Made by a program: the position numbers and the translations under genes. Below are positions 55,098 to 64,000 of a DNA stretch of 64,000 nucleotides, piece by piece. The notes under the pieces were generated by a model. That model ran no database searches. It was not told the DNA's origin and saw only the letters and a list, made by a program, of their open reading frames with translations. Each line of letters opens with the position of its first letter. Within the stretch, counting starts at the first letter, position 1. Source of the stretch: the human T2T-CHM13v2.0 reference genome, Homo sapiens; the NCBI RefSeq assembly GCF_009914755.1, contig NC_060939.1; one strand, written 5' to 3'.

Positions 55098-55457
55098 TTG
55101 TTAGGGGCTGACCTGTGAACCCCTAAATTCTTATGTTGAAATCTTAACCCGGGGTAGCTCAGAACGTGACTGTAATGGGAGATAAGGGCCTTAAAGAGGT
55201 AGTTACGTTAATATGAGGTCATGATGCGGGGGACCCTAATCCAATCTGGCCAGTGTCCCATGAGAAGAGGAGATTAGGACAGAGCCACTCGCAGAGAGGG
55301 ACAACCACGTGAGGATCAAGAGACCTCAGAAGAAACCAACCCTGCCAACGCCGTAATCTCAGTCTTCCAACCTTCCTAAGTGTGAGACAATACGGTTCTG
55401 CGGTTGAAGTCCCCGCATCCTGTGGGACTTTGTTACAACTGCCCCCGCAGACTAACA
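55098..55457 (+). mobile_element. MLT1A-like MaLR solo LTR
   Basis: aaattcttatgttgaaatcttaacc...ccctaatccaat...gaagaaaccaaccctgcc...tttgttacaactgccc. Confidence 0.75.
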
Positions 55458-56109
55458 AACTATGAGGTCCAACACTGCTCAACGTGTCTGACATGCAGTC
55501 ACTGTCTGTACCTCTGTTATTTTAGCTTCAGCAATACAGGATACAGCTTTGTCAACTGAAAACTATATTTAGGATTTTTCCATAATTTAGCCAAGGTGGG
55601 TCAGAATTTACTTCTAAAGTATTTACATAGAAAGAAGTTGCTTATGTTACACACAACTTGCTTATAGGAGTCACATCTCTGGAACTTGAGATATGCTTCA
55701 GGAAGCATTGTCTACTGTTCTCTGGGTTGCTGCTGGACTTGTAAGGGAGTAAAAGCAAATGATATGTGGCCTTGACCCTCGATAACCTCCTGTTGCATTG
55801 GCAAGAGATGGGCTTGCATGCTTTGAACTCCAAGTTCCTCTCTCCCGAGGCATCCGCACAGCAGCGTCAGTCCGCCTTCCCATCGCCTCTCCTCTGGTTC
55901 TGGAACACTGAACGCCCTCCCAAGCCTGACGATCCAGGTCCCCCAGGAACCACCTGCAGCTCCCCTGCCGACTCTGTCTGTCCCTGACAGATCCCAAACA
56001 AACTGAACTAGTCATCGTTCCCAACAAACACTGCTGTGTGCTCCTACTCTAGGGCCAGATCTAGAATACAAACATACGACTGCTAGAAGAGCAGGCCAAG
56101 TCCGCAGCC

Positions 56110-56600
56110 TCTGAGCAGGCTTCCTGGTGGCAGGGATATTGGAGCCCAGAGGGGAAGGTGGGGAAGAGAGCAACAGCAGGGGAAGGTGGGGAGCCGTCTG
56201 TGCAAAAGCTCTGCAGAGGGAAAAAGAGCGAAAGTCACCCGAGGAGGATCTTAAAGGCCAGTGGTGGCCGTATTTCAGAGGATCCCTCAGGAGCATGGGA
56301 GGTGACTGGCCGGGGCAAGGATGCCCACATGAGGCCAGCAAGGAGGGCAGTGCAGTGGTGCAGGCAAGAGATGACAGGAGCTGGGCCTAGGGCAGGAGAC
56401 ACAGGACATGGCAGGGCCAGGTTGTACGGGAGGTGGAACAAGTGTAGGGGGGAAGGAGAGGCCGCTGGCACTGCAGTGGAATGCGGATGAGCGCTTCCCT
56501 CTGAGACAGACTAGGGTCAGAGACAGTGAGCTGGGTTTGGGACATACTGACTTTGGATTGTCTTTGAGATATCTAAGCGGAAGGGCAGAGCATGTCGTGA
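56110..56600 (-). mobile_element. L2 LINE fragment
   Basis: Purine-rich diverged sequence with L2-like motifs (gtggtgcaggcaagagatgac, tttgggacatactgactttg). Confidence 0.5.
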
Positions 56601-59600
56601 AAGAATAAAATGCTGTCTTTTAAGGTAAATTTACACATTCAAACTTTTTACCAATTCCTAGCAGCCATGCCACTAGAACCAGCTGGGTGGTGCTGAAAAT
56701 GTGAACAGCCAACTTGTCACTGTCATTCGATCACCCTCATGGGGGAGCAGTCCACCGTCCCCACGTGGGCAAATCCTCTGGGCCCTGGGCAGCTGCCTGG
56801 CCCTGCCCTCAGCCCATGACACAGTTCATCAACCCCTGAGACCAATGTGGTCACTTACTGTCTATGTGCTCTTGTCAGGAACTTTCTGTTTGTTTGCACT
56901 TTGAATTGCTCTAGCACACAAAACTGTTAGATAAAATTCCATCTGTGGTTAATGGAAAGATCTGCTTCAACATTGCATCACTGCTGGAAGGAAACCCGAG
57001 CTTTGATTAAACTCCGGGGGCAAAGTCCCATCCTACAAAACAGAATGCCTCCTCTGGTCCTTGCAATCATTTTGCAACTTCTAAGCTTTAAAGCACTGAA
57101 ATGAAGCATTGAACCCAAGCCTCCTACGGCCCTAGAAGGAGCCACCAAGGCTCCCTCTGAACATCTTTATCCTTCCATTTCCATCACCAATCTGGCTGAG
57201 ATCTGTAGGGAAGGAAAAGAGCTGAACCCAAGTCATCATGCTAAAATGTAAGGTCTGGAAGACACAGGCAGCAACGACTAACTATAAGCCAGCTTGGAAC
57301 ATAATCAGAACAAGTAATTTTAAAAAAATTTGTGAGCCCTTTCAGTGATTGGTCGACGCTTCTGTAATATCCACCCTTCTCCAGACTTTTGGCAAAAGAA
57401 CAAGTTAAAAACAAATGCTTTCAGTTTGCTTAAATGACAAGCCTTGGAAAAACCCAGCGACCGATAACTGCACACTGCGAACACTTGGGCTGTTCCTCCA
57501 AGGACAGGGCTGAGTAACAAAGCAATCTGAGCAAAATGGCCCTTTTCAAAGACGGTAAGAAAAACATCAAGTAAAGGTAATTAAGAATGCAAGGAAAATG
57601 ACTGTACCATTCCGGTACAGGATCAGTGCGAAGAAGATGCCTAATAAGTGTGCGTGCACACACGTGCTTAACAGAGTCCTGCTGCTGACACCCCCTTGAG
57701 TTTTGTTTTGCTTTCCCAAATGTACATTCTATCTGCTTTTATGTGACATGGGGTGGACTGTACATTCCATCACTTATCAAAGCACTCCTATACAATAGGG
57801 ACTGGAACTAATTAAAATAAGATACCGTCTGCATTTGATGGAACTTTATCCTAAGCCCCATAACATTCATTTCCAGTTTGGTCATTTGAACACAATGGCA
57901 GCCTCGCATTCCGAAGTCTCTGAATAATATTAAATCATCTTTTCCTTTTGTTAATAATATTAATTACACAACTCTCCAGATGTGAAGGTATCATAAAAAT
58001 GCTTTGCCAACGTAGGGAAACGTTCTGATGCACTGCAATAAAAGATAACACTAAATACTTCCATAAAACAGCTAATTTCACCAAGTGTTTAATTGTAATG
58101 ACTGGGTGGAGTAAATATTAGTCAGACTGACAGCTAATTGATTTGGTTTGCATTAAAGCTAGACAAATTTAAACAGAGGTATTTCAGTTGCGATTCTGAA
58201 TTCATAATCGGTTCAGATGTCTGTGTGCTTTCCCTGGGGCTAACAATTTAATTAGAACTATGAGAAACAATCAGCCAATCCTAGGAACGTTCCAGGAAGG
58301 CCTGGGATGCCCAGGCTGTTTACCTTTCTTCCTTTCTTCTTTACTGGCAGGATGCATTGATAGAAGCCTTGCCAGGAGCTTATTAAGAAGCTCTGTGAGA
58401 AGGAGATTTTTATTTGAAAAAATTTAACTGCTACGTTAGCCTTTGCCTAGGAAGTCTCTATCCTTCCTTCTGCTGACTTCGAGGAGACAACTAATGCCTG
58501 GGAATGCTTTGCCCTCAGACCCAAACTGAATATAGGACTTTTAACACACCTAAAATGGGTCAATCAAGCAGCTCAGGTGCTGCAGAGAGGAGGCAGGTCC
58601 AGGGTATGGTGGCCCTCAAGCCCCCCACAGAGTCTGTCTCTGCTGCCTCAGCCTGCCTTGCTCATGCACAGGTCTCCCATCCCCATCTTCACCGAGAACT
58701 CAGCAACACAGAGACCTGCTGGGCAGCTCTGCATTACTCAGGCACAGGGTCCTGCACTCAGCAGGTGCACCATTAATATTTTTGGAAGGAAGGGATGAGC
58801 AGTCGACCTGAGTACCTTTAAAAGTTTTAAAATATAGTCACCAACAACAGAGGATGTAGTCAAAACACAGATTAAGTCTCCTATTTCGACTCTGCCTTAG
58901 TTCTAACCATTAAGAATCTGCTTTATTAATTCTTGGAAGGCCTCATGGAAAGAAGACCAAGAAATCCACGGTCCCCGTCTCTTCTCAGAGCATGCTTATG
59001 AGATGGGCTTCCTGCATGCAAACAGCTTGCTTTCATTGTAACTATCCGCGTGGTGGCAATTCAACAACTCAAAAGACTTCAGTTGAAGAATGAGGATGTT
59101 TCTTCACACGGCAGATCAAGTGCTTGCTTAAAGTGAAAGTGTGGAGGGATGCTGCGTCGACCTCTTTCCTAGCTTAGAATTTCCTCCAAGATGACAGATG
59201 ACGGTCTCTCAACCGCACAGAACTCACGCCTCCTCCGGGATCAGCCTATGCACCCTGTACAGAGGCTCCCTGCTGCTCAGTTTTCTACTGATCCACCCTT
59301 CCCCAAGTGCCCCACTCTTTGGGAAGGAGCAACTACAATCTGGCTTTTTTCCTAGAGGATTAAATATACTGGCCCCTTTGAAAAACATTCCTTCATGTTC
59401 CATGGTGTAAGCACAAGTAGACGTAATCTCACCCCCATGTGATGGGGTGAGACGGTGCATGTAAAGTGCCCAAGCACAGCCATCCCTTAGTAAACACTTA
59501 ACTCCTTCCCTTGCTATGAAGGAATAATGGAATTAGCACAATGTTTCATATCTATCTCGTTCGACTTATCCGTATCTATCTATCCATCCATTCATCCATC

Positions 59601-60819
59601 CATCCACCCACCTATAAAACCAATCCAGAAATATATTCAAGACAAGTCTGTCTTTTCACAGCCCAGGTCCATGGGTGAGCTCCATGGGGACCACTTCCTC
59701 ATATGCTTCAAATCAAAACCCTCACCATGCGATGCCCCAGAGAAGGATAATTCAGGTACAGAGCCCAGAGATAACGCGTCTCTCCAACAGATCCCTGCTC
59801 AGTCAATACAAAAAGAGCCCTGATTGTCATTGAAGCAGGTGGGTTGGGGCAACACCAAGAACCCATTTTTCCATAAAAACTTTACTCTAAGTATTTTCTG
59901 GAAATAGCTGAAATAATATTGTGCACCAGCCAGGGGGCCCAAACAAACATCTAGTATATACGTTAACTTTTAAGAGAAGATGATTTCTGTGACCTAAAAC
60001 TATGATTTACCAATGACCTCCGTTCCTTGCTGGGGCTGCTACTGCTTCTCACGTGAACTTCATTTTCCTTCTCAGCACTCATCGCCCTGTGACATATCAC
60101 ATATTTTTCTATTTCCTGCTTCGTTTTCTGTCAGCCCTGCCGCCAGCTCCACGGGCCCTGCTATGGACAGAGCCAGCCACATGGAAGGTATTCCAAAAAT
60201 ACCTGCCAAATGAATGAACTCACTGGAGGCTCACTTGGCCATCTTAAATTTTTAATCTTGACACATAACTGTTGATTGATCTTTCTCAAATATTAATTTC
60301 AAATCTATGCAGAAAGGAAGTATAATTAACCACCCAATAAATACGGGTTATGTTAAAATTTAAAATGTTAGCCTCCTTTCAAATCGCATTTGTTTTAATC
60401 CTGAAGATCATGTGAATCTTTGAGGAAAAAAAGTCATAGTTACTGCCTCAGTTTTCAAATTCATAGTAACCATTAACATACATGTTATGACAACCACAAA
60501 AACATCCACCTGCCTGATCTCTAATTTCATTATTAAAATACTTGCTTGAATTGCTTAGAGTTTTTGTTTCATGGGTAAGATTCATATATGTATCTCCTGT
60601 GAGTATTGTGTTTTGTTGATTTTAAAATGCTGAGAGATCCTCACTCACATGATTTAGTTCAGATGGTCTGATTCGTAGCTACACCTGTCTTGCTGTATTT
60701 AAAGTGAATATGGAAAACTCATGTCTATCCAGAATCACATTAAAATCCAGACTCCGCCATTTTTAAGACCACAGACCCAAACCCTCCAGCCCTTAGGAAA
60801 GCATCCGGACACTCTGTAC

Positions 60820-60924
60820 CTGGGGGTCCATTCTGAGGAAGGTGTGAGGGCCTCTGCTACTCAAGGTTGATCTTTTAAAGGTTTTGCTGTGATAAAAATG
60901 GTAGTAATCTTCCAGGTTTCCAAT
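60820..60924 (-). CDS. PCSK6: PCSK6 exon 2 (prodomain): IGNLEDYYHFYHSKTFKRSTLSSRGPHTFLRMDPQ
   Basis: 105 nt, acceptor TTGCAG, donor CAG|GTACAG, phase 0-0; convertase prodomain sequence. Confidence 0.96.
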
Positions 60925-61849
60925 CTGCAAGACAAGAAGCAGAATGCCATCAATTAATAGTCTCACGAACAGCTTCCAAAATCTTCCACCCCACAAGAAT
61001 CTCCCCCTTATCTGAGGGGCTCATTCTCCCAGAGGAAACACACCCTCCATCACCCTGCTCCTCATATCTCTGGCATGTGTGCAGTGTTTATAAACGTGAA
61101 GGTGGATTCAGACACTCATTTTTAGATAAATAACACTAAGTCATATTTCCCATGGACCACATACTCCATCACATCTCACGGTAAATTAACATCATTTAAA
61201 GTTTGGACTATCATGGCCAAGTTTTTTAGACAGAAATGAATGTTCGTTTAGGGCCAAGAATCCCTGAAGTAGCTAAGTTGGTGTCAAGTCAGGTCTACAC
61301 CAAAACATTCATTTATAAACAAACCCCATCCTCTCCACCCCATGGGTAAACTGAAATATCGAAGAATGAACACTCACTCTCCAGTGCAACAGGACAGCCA
61401 AAGAAAACACATGGATCCATCTGCTTGGGGATTGTGAAAGGGTCAGATGAGAACATCTAAACCTCCGAGGTGTCCCAATTTTCTGCCAGGGGCAGTTTGT
61501 CAGGACAGATTTCAGCTTGAGGACCGGATGGAACCAACAGCAGCCCTGTGCCCCAGCCCCTGGCCTTCAAGAAGGGCTGGCCCTCGCTGTAGCACCAGCT
61601 TGTCCTCACGTCTGTCCGGGCTCGAGCATGGGGACATTGTTATCGGAGGCCTGCTTCTTGGCTGTAGAGAAGGGCTAGTTGATCACCATCCTCCAAAAAG
61701 GATTTTAAAATCAAGATGGACTGGATATCATACAGACCCTCAGGTTGATCTTCTCAGGCTAAACCATCCTGGTTTCTTTTCTAGCTTGATTAAAGGGTAA
61801 ATTTAAGACTAATGGTCCTCTACAGCAGTTCTATATGATGATTACAAAC

Positions 61850-62010
61850 ATGGGTTTTGAGTCAGATCGATTTGGTCCAAACCCTTCCTACCCCTCCACC
61901 AAGATTAGCCATGTGACCTTGGACAAGGACATTTGACTCATGGGAATCTCAATTCCTTATGTGTAAAATGGGGATAAAGGTACTTACCTTTAAAAGTTAA
62001 GTAGGACTAA
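61850..62010 (+). mobile_element. MIR
   Basis: tgtgaccttggacaag...tgtaaaatggggataa. Confidence 0.65.
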
Positions 62011-63494
62011 AGCCTACCCGACTCACAACTCCTTGGCTGCCTCCACCTCATTCATAGCCATTTAGTCTGCTATAGTCTGACCTCAATAGAGTTGACTGGC
62101 CCAGGTGGAGACCTGGAGGGACTTGGATGCTGTGGCCATTTTCATATCTTTACACAAGAAGATAAGGCAGGAGTGCAAGAGAGAGCCTCCCAGCCCCTTT
62201 GCTTCCCTTCAGTTCTCCTTTCCGGCAACCCTGGCAGCCTTGCTGTCTCCTGTTCGTGGGTTTAGGAGACACCACTTTGTCCTCGAAATAAAGAGTTCCC
62301 TTTTCTACTTCAGCTTGCTCCAGTGTGTTTCTGTTGCTTACAACCACAGAACATCAAATACGAAGACAGTCATGAGGAATCAATGGGAATCACCTATATA
62401 GAGCCTAGCTGAGTGTCTAGAACCTAGTGGGCATTCAGCAAATGCTGGTGGTCCTGGGAGCTGGGATTCTCTCTCGGGCTCCTCCACTCCCTTCTCTGGG
62501 TCTGGGATGCTTTAGCTTTTGGCCAAATCCAGGTCTGCATCTAATGTGACCCTTCCCTCTGGGTGACCTGGGCTTACCCTCTCTCAGTTTCCTTATGAGA
62601 CTAATAACCACCACCCTGAAGGGTTGCTCCGAAATTTGAACGCGATATTTACGTGTGAAAGAGCTAGCAGAGACCCAGCAGGCAGGTAGTAAGTGCTCGA
62701 TACACGGTTTTCCGCAATTCTGATTCTCACATTTTTCTGCCATCATAAACCTCATTATTTCTGCCCTATTTTGCTCACAAGCACTTTTATTTTTCTTCCT
62801 ACAGATAAGTCACCTTGCTCACTTCTTCAACAAAGTTAACTGCCACACGTGTCAAAAGGCTCCTCCTCACCCGCACTAGAGCTGTTATTTAGCTACGGAG
62901 GCAATCACCGAGTCTCAACTTGCCGCAGTGTTTAATCAACATGTTTGCTCATAAGCTGCCATCATCCCTGGGAGACGTTACGTAACTTTTGGTCTTTTAA
63001 CTCTGGGCATTCGAGTCAATTCCCAGTCAGGGACATGGAGGAACGAAGAGTTGAATAAAACTTGCTGGCAAAGAGACTAATTGCAGCAGTGCTGACCCTT
63101 AGCAGGCTCATGACAGGGGGGCCTGGAAGCCATTCAGGGCAGCACCTGGCCTTTGACCAGCTAAGCCAGGCTTGGGGAAGCCACCTTTCCCCTCAAAGGC
63201 CAGTCCCAAAGCCATCCAGCCCCCTGCCCCGGGGCCGCCATGACTGTCCTTTGCAAAGGCCCCTGGGTCTGGGCTGATGTCAACTGTTCTCCACGAACGA
63301 TCCAGGAAAGGCACAGACAGTCCCCAGAATGCTGACCAGGCCAACCACCTCTGGAGGCAGCAGCGGCCAGAACTCCATCTGTTTGGACACTTATGTCCGG
63401 CCTAGCATGAGAGCTGGGGGGCCGGGGAGGGACGCTCCCACTGCAGGGGAGAAGGGGACACCAGCCAAGGCTGCCCTTGCAAAGCCAGCTGCAG

Positions 63495-63940
63495 AAGAAG
63501 CTGGAATCACACATTCGTCCTCTGTGACTGGCTTATGTCATTCAGCATAATGTGCTCATGTTTCATCAGTGTTGGACCATGTGTCAGAATTTCCTTCCTT
63601 TTTAAGGCTGACTAATCTTCCGTTATCTGCACATCTCACATTTTGTTTATTCATTCATCTATTTATGGACACGTGGATTACTCCCACTGCTTGGCTGCTG
63701 GGAATAATGCTGCTGTGTACAAATATCTGCTCGTGTCCCTGCTTTCAATTCTTTTGGGTATATATCCACCTACCGTTTTTTGATAAATTTTCTTGGAACA
63801 TAGCCACACCCACCCTTTCCCTACTGTTCATGGCTGCCTTCCTACTACAATAGCAGAGCTGAGTGGTTGCAACAGAGACCCTAGAGCCCACGAGGATCAA
63901 AGAGTTCATATGTGAACTCTGAAACAGAAAAGGCTGCCAG
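63495..63940. mobile_element. L1M 3' fragment (reverse, ~63495-63765) followed by a MER58A-like hAT element (~63770-63940)
   Basis: tgactggcttatgtcattcagcataatg...tttgggtatatatcca; then ctacaatagcagagctgagtggttgcaacagagacc. Confidence 0.65.
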
Positions 63941-64000
63941 CCTGTGATGTACAGCATTTGCTGCTGAGAGTATCAGGGGAGTTCACCAAAGTCTCTGATG

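Overview
This is primate (almost certainly human) genomic DNA from the interior of PCSK6 (PACE4, a subtilisin/kexin-like proprotein convertase), transcribed on the minus strand. Nine coding exons (exons 2-10 if the upstream first exon lies outside the window) can be read directly, each with GT-AG boundaries and consistent phase. Together they encode the end of the prodomain, the RRVKR autocleavage site, the whole catalytic domain (Asp205, His246, oxyanion Asn347, Ser420 in PACE4 numbering) and the start of the P domain. Read-through of the last donor gives the short C-terminus I recognise as the PACE4B isoform. The rest is intron, rich in Alu, L1, L2, MIR, MaLR/ERVL LTR and MER elements, most densely in a 29-kb intron that splits the catalytic domain. 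Almost all ORF-track entries are spurious or repeat-derived. I see no RNA genes, CRISPR array or convincing new gene system. The best leads are RNA-level or local-rearrangement features: a hairpin that occludes the donor of the catalytic-Ser exon with a U1-like sequence, an Alu-flanked 591-nt exon block that would circularise into a stop-free ORF, a ~180-bp inverted duplication, a ~350-bp direct duplication, a trimeric Alu with a gene-conversion signature, and a 47-bp minisatellite carrying decoy donors. Repeat family names and outer boundaries come from visual recognition and are approximate.
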